Program-made: the position numbers and the translations under genes | NCBI GenBank assembly: GCA_965644295.1 | Contig: CBFFRP010000620.1 | Span: 1 to 64,000 of the forward strand | Length of the DNA stretch: 64,000 nucleotides | Direction: 5' to 3' | DNA from: Paraphysomonas bandaiensis | Lineage: Eukaryota; Protista; Chrysophyceae | Part shown: piece after piece, positions 33,277-46,165 of the stretch | Numbering within the stretch: position 1 is the stretch's first letter | Layout of the letters: each line of letters starts with the position of its first letter | Notes under the pieces: generated by a model | Databases searched by the model: none | What the model was told of the DNA's origin: nothing | What the model saw: the letters and a program-made list of their open reading frames with translations, nothing else

Positions 33277-33430
33277 ATATGTTTTCTGTATCCATCGATC
33301 CAGTGTCGAAGATGCTAAACATTCATTTGCTGGAAACGATCAGTATAAGAGATATGTTTTCTGTATCCATCGATCCAGTGTCGAAGATGCTAAATATTCA
33401 CTTGCTGGAAACGATCAGAATAAGAGATAT
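33277..33430. repeat. 75-bp tandem duplication
   Basis: ATATGTTTTCTGTATCCATCGATCCAGTGTCGAAGATGCTAAA at 33277 and 33352. Confidence 0.85.
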
Positions 33431-34712
33431 TACAGTTTTCTCGTCGATGCAGTAACAAATGGAATCGATAAATCATTGGATCTTGGTTGCGCAAGGGAAG
33501 ATATAGGAACTCATAGCAATCGGAACTTTGCGGAATCAACTTCAGTATCCAAACTTGATGGACCTAGTAGAACTCAAGTTTTCTTGAGGGCTGGACAAGG
33601 AGTAAGCAGAACTCAGACTGCTATATGTTTTCGGAAGCCGATGGCGATGCCTTCGTAGGTCGTACGACTTCGCAGTTGAATATAACAGCTGATGTTTTAT
33701 GTTTTACGTCCTGAGTAACCCATCGTCCACACAGCATATAATAATCTACTAAAGCAGGGATAGACCAACGTTACGATATACATTCACGTCCATTGAACAA
33801 CAAACAGGAAAGTTCTACCCGTACCGAGAACGAGGTTTACTCGCGTTATGTGCTCATGTCCTGGAGTCGTGCCTTACAAGCTACCAGACATCAGGTTCCG
33901 TTGTTGCACCTACTTCATAAGAAGAGCACCACGAATGCCGCCATATTCATACAATGAGACGCCTCTTCATTGATAGTCATATATAATCATATAGTCATAC
34001 GGTCATGTAGGCATATAGCATATACGCATATAGGCAGGTCTGTTGCAGAGAGAGCTCAAGTGCAACCTATATGCGCAGTCTCATCTACCCACAGCATACA
34101 ATCTCAATAAGCCGCATTTCTTCTATAGATAAGACAGCAGAGGTGTGCAGCTCAGTGCTAGTTATTGTACGATAAGCATATGAAGATGCGTGTATGCTAC
34201 ATGTCATTATGATACACACATAGTGCACGCAAAATGTATACAACAGTATACCATGTATACTGTCATGTATATATCTATCCTGTATACAACGTAATACGTA
34301 CCTATATACAATTTTCACATATTTTCATACTTTTGATCATTACAAAACCCGCCATTTTCATAAAAAAGAAAAGCCGCCTGTAGGAATTCCCAGTGTACTG
34401 TTGTACCTGTACTGCTTCACTGTTGTGTACTGCACAGTGTAACATCCTCAAACTATTAGCATCTCCGTTTTCGGAAATAAATTGAAGCAAAACTCCTCTA
34501 TATTACTGATATACAACGACGGCTGGAATACAGATAATTGTTGTCTCAATATTATGAACAAAAAAACAAAAATAAACAAAGATGCCCTACGTCCATTTTA
34601 TGGACTCGTAGAGAGACTCCTTCATACGTGAATCATACATGCTTACATGCAAGCCATAATTCACACATACATTCAGTCTTATAAAAGTAAACTATTGACT
34701 TGATACCGCGAG

Positions 34713-36452
34713 ATGATTTCAGATGATGAGATGAGCGAGATATCTTACGGCTTCAGTAAATACTCCACGACAGGAGATGTATGCGATGTGTGTGAGTATG
34801 ACGAGGAACAAGGAATACGCCTCATGGATAGCAGCATTAATGGCATTGTTTCCCATGCAAAAGAGATTCTTGGCTACACACCGGCGCTCAGTAATCAATA
34901 TGTGTCAGAGGCTTCATGCATACGGTTACTATGCCGATATCGATGGGATGTCACAGCCCTTAAAACAGATATGCAAGAAGATAGAGTGTTTAATCAGATG
35001 CTGTCTCCCATTCCGATGAATCTTGTGGGCAATGCTTGTGATTCCAATGCCAATCTGACATGTGATATCTGTGCCAATGACGTACCATACGAGTTTACCA
35101 GCAGTGGTGGATGTGGCCATTCATACTGTAATAGTTGTTGGGGGAAGTATATTACCACCTGTATTGACGATGACAAGGTGTTTGCAGTAAAGTGTATGCA
35201 TGCTGAGTGTGAGTGTTTCTTGGAGAGTGACAACATAATTGCTATCGCTCAGGATTCTGCCGAGTTGTTTATTAAGAAACGGTTTACTAACTTCGTATCC
35301 CGCCACTCCGACCTAGTGTACTGTCCAAAAGAGTCTTGCTCTGTCCTTTTGAAGGCGACTCCAGATGTTGTCGGTGTCACATGCTGTAAATGTCATCATG
35401 AGTTTTGTCAAATGTGTAACGAGGCGGCACACTGGCCTGCTTCATGCGGTTGGTCTGGCCAGTTCGAGAAGGCATGCAACGATATAAAAATAGCAGCCTT
35501 GCGTCAAATTTTGCCCACGTACAATGCTAGTAGTGCTAACCGTGCTGAGATTTATGATAAAGGATTCTGTCCACTAAAGTTTCGTCAACTACAATTGTTG
35601 TTTAATCAGCTGCGTGAAACACTTATTCGAGAGTATCTGGCTGAGGCGGGTGTAAGAATTGTCCTTGCCGTGGCAGTACTTTGTAAACACTTAGGTCTTG
35701 ACTTCTATTCTTTCTTCAACTACATCAGAGGATTACTTCGCCAAACCGAACTCGGCGTAACACGAGAAATATTAGAAATATTAGATCTTACTCGGAACAG
35801 GTGGTATGTTTCTCCCGCTGTTATCGCTTGTCTTGAGGAGACTTTACGCACTTTCGAAATTATTAGTTTTACGAGAGATAGAGATTGTCAGAGTGAATAC
35901 GATGCTGGTACAGAGAACATACATCAGATGCAATGTCGCCCTACTGTAGACGATTCTGATGTACTACAATGTGAATATGATTTACTCAGAAGAGTAATTG
36001 AGCTATGTCCAGATATTCTCGATTTGGAATGTTTTAAAGATGCTAAAAATGAGCAAGAAATTTTGACAGAAACTCATTCTCTGCTCTTACAAATACAAGT
36101 AATTGAGGACAGAGAGAAAGATTTCGAACTTAATGCAATTAATATTCGTGACAAAACTATGGTACATGAAGCTGCAGTAAAAGCGGTTAAAATTATTTGT
36201 AAAGGCTATCGACTCGCACGATACTTCTGTATACACCTTCTGAATATGGGTGACTTGAAGCGAGCTCGGTTTACAGATTTATATATGCAATTTGTTCCTA
36301 AGATTATGGAGTGTTGCGAGTCTACTCTCAATATTTTGGAATCACAAGAGTTTGGACTGAAATCGGAGGAGGGGCCTTTAATTGATGCGTGTTATGCCGC
36401 TGAAGGTCTACAGACGCAATTCGTCGACATAATTCTGCGTAATGACATTTAG
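34713..36452 (+). CDS. Ariadne-like RBR-family protein (UBA-like, RING1, IBR; no canonical RING2), intronless
   Basis: LLCRYRWD; CDIC...CGHSYCNSCWGKY...KCMHAEC; YCPKESC...CCKCHHEFCQMCNEAAHWPASC; helical C-terminus. Confidence 0.85.
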   Translation: MISDDEMSEISYGFSKYSTTGDVCDVCEYDEEQGIRLMDSSINGIVSHAKEILGYTPALSNQYVSEASCIRLLCRYRWDVTALKTDMQEDRVFNQMLSPIPMNLVGNACDSNANLTCDICANDVPYEFTSSGGCGHSYCNSCWGKYITTCIDDDKVFAVKCMHAECECFLESDNIIAIAQDSAELFIKKRFTNFVSRHSDLVYCPKESCSVLLKATPDVVGVTCCKCHHEFCQMCNEAAHWPASCGWSGQFEKACNDIKIAALRQILPTYNASSANRAEIYDKGFCPLKFRQLQLLFNQLRETLIREYLAEAGVRIVLAVAVLCKHLGLDFYSFFNYIRGLLRQTELGVTREILEILDLTRNRWYVSPAVIACLEETLRTFEIISFTRDRDCQSEYDAGTENIHQMQCRPTVDDSDVLQCEYDLLRRVIELCPDILDLECFKDAKNEQEILTETHSLLLQIQVIEDREKDFELNAINIRDKTMVHEAAVKAVKIICKGYRLARYFCIHLLNMGDLKRARFTDLYMQFVPKIMECCESTLNILESQEFGLKSEEGPLIDACYAAEGLQTQFVDIILRNDI

Positions 36453-36756
36453 TTTCGATTAACTTGTTAACGCTGAAATCGGAGTCAAATGTTATAACTT
36501 AGGTACCTCTTTTGCGGTATTGTAAGAGATAGTATACCAATGCATGTTTAACTTCATTACTATGCTAGTGTCATGTGTCATATTTTATAACTACTTGGTT
36601 GAATATCAAACTACTATAACTAGTTGGTTTTGTAAATGCCATTCTTCGTATATAATAGAGAAATAGAGGCCGAGGAAGAGCTATTCACTATAAACTTATA
36701 TCATGATTAGAAACGTTCAACATATATTTTATTCATTGTGAGTGCTTAGATGGGCA

Positions 36757-36860
36757 ACATGAAACGTTACTGAAGAGTGGTACTAACTCGATAAATATTC
36801 ATTACTTTGTGGTCAGTAAACAAGATATATTACATTACGAGGAGCACGGCTAATCGAAAC
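36757..36860 (+). repeat. ~103-bp direct repeat, copy 2
   Basis: Homologous to 33094-33197. Confidence 0.8.
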
Positions 36861-36914
36861 CACATGATGTCATAATATATTTTTCGTATAAATAACTAGC
36901 CTCTAAAAAGGAAC

Positions 36915-37511
36915 CTACGTCGAAAAGTACAGCAAGACAGGATCACCAAATTCACATGGCTTGAAGTCATAAAATATTTGATATATGGGCAGGTTGTTGT
37001 CGTTTTCATTTCCATCTGCATCGCAGTCCTGTTGACAAGTGTGACTAAGGTTATTAACCGCACACTTGTTGAGTTACACTTACAATCACTTGCCCAGAAA
37101 TACCACATTCTTGCAGTGTCAGCATCTCGTCATTAATTTCATTAGCTTCAGAAAAATTATTCAAACATATTTTCAAATCTGACATCCGTCCGTGTCTTTT
37201 CGCCAGCACTTTCTGGATAATAACATATATAACACTAACATAACAGCCGCACATGAACTCAACGCACCTTAATTGAAAATATTCGAGTGTCCTCCTTGAA
37301 CTTCATCGTAAAGTTCATATACTTCCAATTAAGTAAACGAAAATCTAATATTACCCACTTGTCTCTTTCTTCGACAAGAAGAACAGGCTTGTGTTCTGTC
37401 GGCTCTTTCTGTTTATAGATGTTACGTATATATATAAGAGGAGCGAGAGATCGTATATATTACCGGACCAGCATCCTTTTTAGTATCCGCCTTCTTCTTT
37501 TTAGCGCCCAT
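36915..37511 (-). CDS. Small 4-exon protein, possibly ubiquitin-like fold (missed as a whole by the ORF track)
   Basis: Manual splicing with GT-AG introns: MGAKKKKADTKKDAGP / KEPTEHKPVLLVEERDKWVILDFRLLNWKYMNFTMKFKEDTRIFSIK / KVLAKRHGRMSDLKICLNNFSEANEINDEMLTLQECGISGQVI / DCDADGNENDNNLPIYQIFYDFKPCEFGDPVLLYFST-stop. Confidence 0.7.
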
Positions 37512-38032
37512 AATAACACTGAGCCTTAAAAGTCGGTTATTAATATACCACCCAGTGGATGCAGTGCAGGTGTTTGTATGATGAGCTCAGATGGCTTCAT
37601 ATGAACACCTCCATCCAAATGTAACGGCACAAATATAAACTGAAAGAGATCGAGATGATGTGACCCCTCAAGATATCTGGGCTATTTTTCATGACCTGCA
37701 GTCAATTTTGGTCACTTTTCTACCAAAAATGCTGAAATTAAGGTTTTCGACGAGTTTTGGTGCGGAAAAATTACTAGAAAATTATTTGCATATGAAATGT
37801 AGGGAGGATGTACGAGTAGTAGATAGGAAGGTCCCTGTACCTATATACAGAGTCATATGATCTGGACAGGATCTTCATACCATCATATACAGAGTATGTA
37901 CATATACAGTACAGAGCAGCAGGATGACAGAGCTGAGTGTGTATGTATGGAGTATCATACACAGACGCTGCAGAGGATTCTACACAGAATTCCACTCACA
38001 TCTCACTCCACTACCAGTAAAACCTCCTAAAC

Positions 38033-40083
38033 ATGAACACACTCATACACATCACACTCCTATCCACAGTAACCCTCACTAATGCCTTCTATCTTCCTGG
38101 TGTCGCCCCACATGACTTCTATGCAGGTGAACCAGTCGAATTAAAGGTAAACAAACTCAGGTACCTCAACTCACATACATACACATCATGTAACCTCCCT
38201 ATAGCTCCATACGGACACAGCTGCCATATGACTACTACTCTCTGAAGTACTGTAAGCCTCCTGAAGGCATTCATTCAGAGTCTGAGAATCTCGGCGAGTT
38301 CTTAAGGGGGGATCGTATAGAGAACTCTCCTTATAAGGTACCCATCTAATCAGTCATATCACTGTTCTTGATTCCTTGTTTTACAGGTTGAGATGTTAGA
38401 AGATGAGTTCTGTAAAGTAGTGTGCCAAGTATCGCTATCGAATTCTGATGCCAGTGCGTTTAAAAAGACTATCAAGAATGAGTATCACAATAATTGGATT
38501 GTGGATAATCTCCCTGCTGCCTCTATTCTTGATTCGGGTCATTTTATTACGACTCAGTATGTGGGATTCCCAGTTGGATATAAAGAGGCGAACTCCTTCT
38601 ACCTCTATAATCACGTCAACATTGTCCTAGAGTACTCATCTGTTGGGGAAGATGCACACCGCATTGTAGGTTTCTACGTGGAGCCAATCTCTATTAAACA
38701 CCGATTTGTTGGTGGGAAACTCTGGGATGGTCGTGGTGAGCCACCACCTCGTGCAGCTTGCAGGGATGGCGAACATCTGGCCTTCGACAGCAACAGAGAT
38801 GCTCAGAGGGTTGAATCTGGGGCACTCCTATATACGTATGATGTGGAGTGGCGTGAGAGTTCTGTACAATGGGCAAGTCGCTGGGACGTGTATCTCTCTC
38901 AGAATAACGCTGTGTCAGACCGTGTTCACTGGTTCAGTATTGTGAACTCTGTGCTCATTGTCATGTTTTTAGCATTCATGGTTGCAATGATACTAGTTCG
39001 AACTCTCAATCGAGATATCAGCAAATACAACCGAGTCATGACGGATGAAGAGAAAGCGGACCAAGCGGAAGAGACTGGCTGGAAGTTGGTACACGCAGAT
39101 GTGTTCCGACCGCCTGTCCAGTATCCCATGCTCTTTTGTATATTTGCCGGGACTGGGATGCAGCTATTTATGTGCGCCATGTTTTTGATCATCTTTGCTG
39201 CGGTGGGATTCTTATCACCTGCAAACCGGGGGTCTCTTATGATTGGACTACTTCTAATTTTTGTACTTCTGGGATCTTTGTCTGGATACACATCAGCGAG
39301 GCTGTATAAAACATTCAAGGGCAAGCAGTGGCAACGTTGTACCTTATTGACTGCCACCCTCTTTCCTGGTATTTGCTTCACTGTATTCTTCATTTTGAAT
39401 GCTGTTGTTTGGTCGTACGGGTCGACTGGAGCAATTCCTGTTCTCTCGATGTTAGCAATTCTGACCCTTTGGTTTGGTATCTCTGTACCCCTCGTTTTCA
39501 TTGGAGCCTACTTCGGATATAAAAAGGACGCACTTACTTTCCCTGTTGTGACATCTAACATTCCCCGCCAGATACCCACTCAGCCGTGGTTCCTTGAGAT
39601 CACGCTCACCACTCTGTTAGGGGGTATATTGCCGTTTGGTGCGTGCTTTGTTGAGATGTTTTTCATTATGTCTTCTGTCTGGATGGATCAGTACTACTAC
39701 GTCTTTGGGTTCCTGCTTTTATCCTTTATCATCCTCACTATCACTTGCGCTGAGGTCACCATTGTTCTCTGCTACTTTCAATTGTGCGCTGAAGATTATC
39801 GCTGGTGGTGGCGATCTATGATGACGTCGGGATCCACCGCCCTGTACGTGTTTCTGTATGCCTGCTTCTACTTCTACAGACTGGAGAGCAACATGACCGT
39901 CACGTACTTTCTGTACTTCGGTTACATGGGTATCATCTCCCTGGGCATATTCTTGATTACAGGTTAGTGATCATGATGACATAATAGTGCTTGATCATAG
40001 TATGTGTATTATCAGGTGCTATTGGCTTTTTCTCAGCACTATATTTCACTCACAGCATCTACGGGTCTATCAAGGTGGACTGA
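38033..40083 (+). CDS. TM9SF: Transmembrane 9 superfamily protein (EMP70/TM9SF2/4-like), 4 exons
   Basis: Signal peptide then FYLPGVAP; [38 protein letters not shown]; C-terminal IKVD. Confidence 0.95.
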
Positions 40084-41914
40084 GTACATCTTTTTCACAG
40101 CAATAAGTCAGGCCATAGATATCGTAGCGTGTTGTCTGAAGTAAAACAGAATTTAGCGAACTAGAATATAGATTAGACTGTAGGTTGTCAACTATATTGT
40201 ACCAAAACCGTATTGAAATATAATGTAATCACCTTTGTGCCAGTTTGATATATATGGTGTGGTTTATATAATATAGTTTCTCCATCATACAAGATACTCC
40301 CTAGCAATCAGACTTGAGCAACAATAGATTGAATCGCAAATTAAATTAATTGACTTTAAATGATTAATGTTTCCATTTACCAATTAATATAAGTAATTGC
40401 GTGGCTTAAGTATATAGATAGTTGATAGCATCTTAAGATGTTTAGTTACTGATGGTGTCATTTTTAAACTTACTAAATGTTGCAGATGCTCCTACGTTCC
40501 TACTATTTTTAACTTAGTATGTCTGAAAAATTAGTATAGGCTCAGTTGCCATTTTTAATAGAGACGTCTGCAACAATTAGAAATGGCACTGTATAGTTTA
40601 GCAGGAACGTCGGATGAATTTTGTAGGGGTAATATATTTTTGAGCACTGATCATAGAGTACAAACACATTATCTATTACCGTAGAAGACCTAGATGTATG
40701 TTCTCTGTTAATTGTAACTGTGTGATAGTATTAGGGTCAGTAAACACTTTATTTTAGCACGTAAAAGTAATATTATATTCAAGGTTGTTGGAAAAACTGA
40801 CCACCTTCACACATGCAATTAGTTCCAATCGAAGTGGATCATGTCAGGGTAGGGGTGTTTTGTTAGGGAAAGGGTTAACGCCATCGTCTGTAAACTTTTT
40901 CTATCAGCTGAAGAAGAAAGTTTCAAGAAATCAGTAGTCAAGATTCAACTTGGTATGGGAACTAAACCGCGCTGAAAGGGCACATGTGTGATACTTTTTG
41001 ATAAATATCGTACCTCCAGACGAGAAGGTAAAGCATATGATGAGGAAAACGAGGCCATTGGTTTAGTTAAATACAGCTGTTTACTGAAAAACACGCACTA
41101 AAGTACCACCACGATATCATTGCATGAAGCACTTTTATATCATTACCAATGTTTGGATCTTAGCAGACATAATATTGTTAGGAAGCATATGGTAATTAGA
41201 AATTTGAGGTTTCGGCGTGCGTATCAGCGTCTTTGGGATGATACTGTAATTCAGAGAGCAATATCATTCAAGGAAATGAATAACGCATTAATTGTTACAC
41301 AAATCTTTCAGGAATTAATAAATGAAAACATAAAATAACTGTATCAACATCATGCCGCTACGGAGCCAGTTAACCTATGCTATAGTGATTCTATAAATAT
41401 AGAACATAGAGTAGTATATACATAGTTATCTCACATCTATATAATTATATGTTGTAGAACATTTAAAGCATTTGAAGACTGAACACTAGTAATTTCTTGT
41501 TATAAAGTTAGCGAATGACAATTTAATGTTGTGTCACTGAGATGGAAAGGAACATGATATACATTAAAAATAGAAGTCATGGTGACTATATCACAGCTAC
41601 TATGTGGTCTTAGTTATTAGCTATTAGGACAGAGATTCAAAAACACTTGTAAACATAGAGTTGTTATACTCACTACCACTTTGCTGTTGACTTTGAGCAT
41701 GAATGTCATCGTAGAAGTAAACGTTGTTGACCGTTTCATCAGAAGTTATGCTAAATAAATAATATATCTCGTGAATAAAAAAACGTTATTCATTAATGGC
41801 AACCTTTCCGCTACTTACATAGTAGTATAAATTTATGTCGAATATTGCTTCTCACTACAATAGCTACAACCACTTCAATATGCTACGGTTGTTGCTACAG
41901 TCCACTCTCCCATC

Positions 41915-42646
41915 CTAAGGTTTAGATTGTACATCCTCTTCACTGGCAGAAAACGATTCTCCAGCTCTCTTTGCCTCTTGAGCCACAACGTCAGTGGCTG
42001 CCTTCACAGCGTCAGAAATTCCGTACTTCTGATCAATCTCGTGAGCAAGTACCCCGGCTCTCTCGGCAGTACTCTTCACTGTATCAGAAACCTTATAGGT
42101 CTCGTCAATCTCATGAGCTTTTGCAGCAATCGAATCCGCAGTACTCTTCACAGTCTCAGATACTTTATACGTTTCATCAATCTCTTTGGCTTTGCTCATG
42201 GCCATATTCGTAGCTGAGGTGACCCTCTCAGACACATGATACTTTGCATCAAGTTCTTTCAACCGATCCGTTATTCTGTACGTTTCATCTAAACGATGTG
42301 CATGCTCTCTAATCTTCTGTTCAAATGAACCAAACACAGTTGCTTTTGAAGTTGAAGGTGAGTGTTGCTTCTGTTCGATGGTCGTTGCTTGAACCACACT
42401 ATCAAACTCTCCTTCAACAGCAGCACCAATCAAATACATCTCATCAACTTCAACTCCTTCTTCTTTTCCTAAGAATTCTCTTGATGGTATGAATATTTCA
42501 TTCTCTTTAATGATAGCAATCAGAGTCTCTCCTGATGATGCATGAGGAGGGAGGGTTACACGGAATACTCGCTTATCATCGAGCTCCACGTAACACTCTT
42601 GATCCAGATGAAGAGGAACTGTAAAGGAAACTAACTTCTGAGTCAT
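41915..42646 (-). CDS. Hypothetical protein with LEA-like 22-aa helical repeats
   Basis: Repeats KAKEIDETYKVSETVKSTA / KAHEIDETYKVSDTVKSTA; N-terminal VTLPPHASSGETL beta-type motif. Confidence 0.7.
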   Translation of the reverse strand: MTQKLVSFTVPLHLDQECYVELDDKRVFRVTLPPHASSGETLIAIIKENEIFIPSREFLGKEEGVEVDEMYLIGAAVEGEFDSVVQATTIEQKQHSPSTSKATVFGSFEQKIREHAHRLDETYRITDRLKELDAKYHVSERVTSATNMAMSKAKEIDETYKVSETVKSTADSIAAKAHEIDETYKVSDTVKSTAERAGVLAHEIDQKYGISDAVKAATDVVAQEAKRAGESFSASEEDVQSKP

Positions 42647-43303
42647 TGGTCTTATATGATTGTATGCTTTCGTCTCTATGAGTTATGAATGTATGTGTAT
42701 GTGTGTGTAGATATGTATGTGTATGTGTAGTGGAGTGTGTGTGCGTATACTGATAGAGTGTTCCGTAGAGAATGTATGGAATGTGCTGCACTGTCCGTCC
42801 ATAGTCAGTCTACAGTATTCTTCATATTGAAGAGAATGATGAAGTAAGTTGAGTCTCTGCGTCAGGTTCAAACAGAATATTCCATAGATAGAAATTAAGA
42901 TCTCAACGATATACGATGAACTACAGTGGTAATACAGAAGGAAGACTACGAGTGGTATACGGCGGAATTCTTTGAATTCTTTTTGTACAGCTGGAGCAGC
43001 AGTACATGTATATACTGGGTATACCTCCTATACACAGCATATATACAATATACCCTACACTGGTCCCTATATGTACTTGTGTACTGCTGCTACTGTATAT
43101 GTGTTTATATGGAAGCTGGTGTGGTGCTACGCGTATTGGTATTAATACGCTCATACACTAACACTGTCTCTCATATTTGAAGGTGGGCTTCATACAAATA
43201 TATCCAAACACTCCCACAGGAACTACATCCACCTACAGTTTACACACTGATACCTCATAGATATCGATATATATATAGCAGTGTTTAAGCCCGCTATCTT
43301 ACG

Positions 43304-44190
43304 ATGCTGTTGCTGGGATTAAGTAAGCATAGGAGCGTTAGTTTATCTGTGTCATGTTTTGTTATTCAGGTATACTTAGATTTAATCAAGACACCTCAGA
43401 GCCTGTTATGCTGGTACAGGGATGTGAGCTGTCTTCTTTTGGTTTCTTTCAGCGGGGAAGGTACTGTTTATCTCATGGCGTCATGGCCTCTCTAACCACT
43501 CGTGACTTCATATTTAGCGTTCGCGAGATGATTACTTTTTTTGCGAAGACTATCACGAAGCGAACCCCTCCTGGACAACGACAGTCGGTGCAAAACGAAG
43601 GTGGGATATTGTATGCAGTTTATTTACAATAACAGGGTGTTTGGCGGCTGCCCTATCGTTATTTTATACACGCTAATGACATTGCTGGACTGATCTTTGA
43701 ATAGTTTCATAATGTGGATAGCCACAGATTATATATTATTAAAGTTATTGATTGACCTTTCTCATCTTGTATTATGACTGCAGAGTACATGGTGCATGTA
43801 TATATGCGCACGGATGGCCTCTGCGCTTGCGCCACTGTTGACAAGGAGTACCCAGCCCGTGTCGCTTACTCCCTCTTGTCGAAAATTTTGGAGGACTTTG
43901 ATTCAGCCTTTCCTAATTGGCGAAGGGAGTCCCGTAATGAGGCCTTGTTGTGGCCTGCTTTAGATGAGGCTGTTGTCAAGTACCAAGACCCTTCCCAAGC
44001 CGATCAGATAATGAGAATCCAGCGTAATCTGGATGAAACAAAAGACATCTTGCACAACACTATTGACACAGTATTGGAGAGGGGTGAGAAGCTTGAAGAT
44101 CTTGTGGAGCGCTCAGGAGAACTAAGTGCACAGTCTAAGTTATTTTATAAGCAGGCGAAACGAACGAATTCATGTTGTGCGGTTGTGTGA
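43304..44190 (+). CDS. YKT6: Longin R-SNARE Ykt6, 4 exons
   Basis: ELSSFGFFQR, YPARVAYSLL, YQDPSQADQIMRIQRNLDETK, LERGEKLEDLVERS, C-terminal CCAVV (CCaaX). Confidence 0.95.
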
Positions 44191-45048
44191 AAGCCATAGT
44201 TAATAGCTATTTTGAATGCAAGCAATATCAGTTTTGTTGTCCTTTCAGCCTGCTTAAGTAAATGTCTATTTCCTCTTATTTTTACTGGCTTTGTTGAAGG
44301 CGTATGATATTGAATACTATCTACATTAATCCTGTATTCGTGAAGTGGCTATTGTTGAATCTCAATTTTGTCACTGAAATAAAAATACTCTGAAATACGT
44401 TATACTTTACTACTCGTATGATAGTAATGTGGCTACGATTCTATGCTCAAATCAATACTATTCACATAAATTTGAATTTCAGAGTACTGCAAATAATATT
44501 TCTATAGTGGTAACAACTAGTCCTCAGACGAATTTTTAACAAGCATATAGTGGGAGGGTTATGCCGTTATGACAGCTTCAACTGAAGTAGAAGGGGATAT
44601 TTATATTAAAACCGGCTAACTTCTTTTCGTACTACTATCTCCTGGTTTAGTAGCTAATATAATCTAGTACTTTCAGTTTCTCAGTACGAAATATATTTCA
44701 ATGACTCTAGAGTACTGATTTGAGGATTAGGAAGTGGTCTAAACCTCTATACTGTCCCTAATAATTATATTTGTCCATATCTTGAAATATATGCCCCCCA
44801 TTCTTGTCACGTTAGTATGGATTTCGCTTATTATCATCTTGTGTGTGTTTATAGAAACCATAAAAATAATAGTTCCATGGAACATTGAATTATCGAACCA
44901 ACCACTACAGGTGATTTCTATTATAAACAGTATTCGTCAGTATTACCCCTGATATACGTGTAACAATCCATATATCTTTGCTATCATAAACACAAATCTC
45001 TTGTCCGAGTGTTGTAATACATCACCAGTAGCACGCATTGGCCATATG

Positions 45049-45286
45049 TGCCCCATTCTGAACGCGTACTTAGGTAGAGCCGGGTGGGGGCCGGGTGGGT
45101 ACCTAACTAATACTTGATTTAAGTCCCATACGTTATTTGCTAGCGCTGAGTATACAGTGAGACCCCGAGTGGGGATCCGCTGAACTTAGCAATGTGTACA
45201 TAGATAGAAGTGCGCGGTCGCAACGCTCAGCAGCACCCACTGGGGGGGCCGCACGCAGTGATTAGTTACGCTGTCAGTATGGGGAA
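45049..45286 (+). mobile_element. TG...CA element copy 3 (internal ~46-bp deletion) with 5-bp TSD
   Basis: Homologous to 3118-3401; ATATG on both flanks (45044-45048, 45287-45291). Confidence 0.88.
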
Positions 45287-45352
45287 ATATGAGGGTTTCG
45301 TTCAGTTCATTTGAGCTCTAATATATACCCTCCGGCTATGCGTGCATATAGT

Positions 45353-45465
45353 GAGAGGGGGTAGATAGAGGGGTAGAGCAGGTGAAGAGAGGGGTAGATA
45401 GAGGAGTAGAGCAGGTGAGGAGAGGGGGTAGATAGAGGGGTAAAGCAGGTGAGGAGAGGGGAGAG
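45353..45465. repeat. Purine-rich minisatellite (~32-bp unit, ~3 copies)
   Basis: GAGAGGGGGTAGATAGAGGGGTAGAGCAGGTGA repeated. Confidence 0.75.
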
Positions 45466-46165
45466 AGCGCACAGCACACGTGTGCTTTACTCTTCTATTA
45501 GAGTCACATACGCTTACGATACATAACAAATTTCACTCCCAAGTATAGTGAATTATCCTTAATGAACACTTTCATCAACCCGCTGCGCATAATCACAGTC
45601 ATTGGCATTATATCCCTGCATCTGAAATGCAGAGCACTTACATGCATGCAGCATATGAAGATCTGAGAGAGCGATGCAGTAGCAGATACGGCTGTATCTT
45701 GAGCAGAATACAGCGCAAGTACAAATAAAAGCCGGAAAATCCACAAATTCTTCTATAAATCCGGGTTTTTCACATGATCGACAGATATTCAGCTATGGTG
45801 TTTTCATGCCAAGATATGGCTGACTCGACACCTCACTGACTCCACTATTCAAGTGTATGAGAAGGAATAAACGTTTAGCCCCTATGGCCCAATGCATGCA
45901 TATGCATATATAGAGTCTCAATGCATGCATGTGTAGAGTGCTGTCTGAAGGATTGCTCACTTCACCAACAAAAAAATATCACTTCACCTCACTTCATATC
46001 ATCGTATCGTACACTTCACTTCACCTCACTTCATATCACAGTATCGTATAGAGTTGTCGTATAGTGGTATCGTACAGTGTATCTGCAGTATCCTGCGTCC
46101 GTATCGTATCAATATCCTCTACACTTATACACATACACATACACAGCCCCCCCTCCCTCCCCCTC

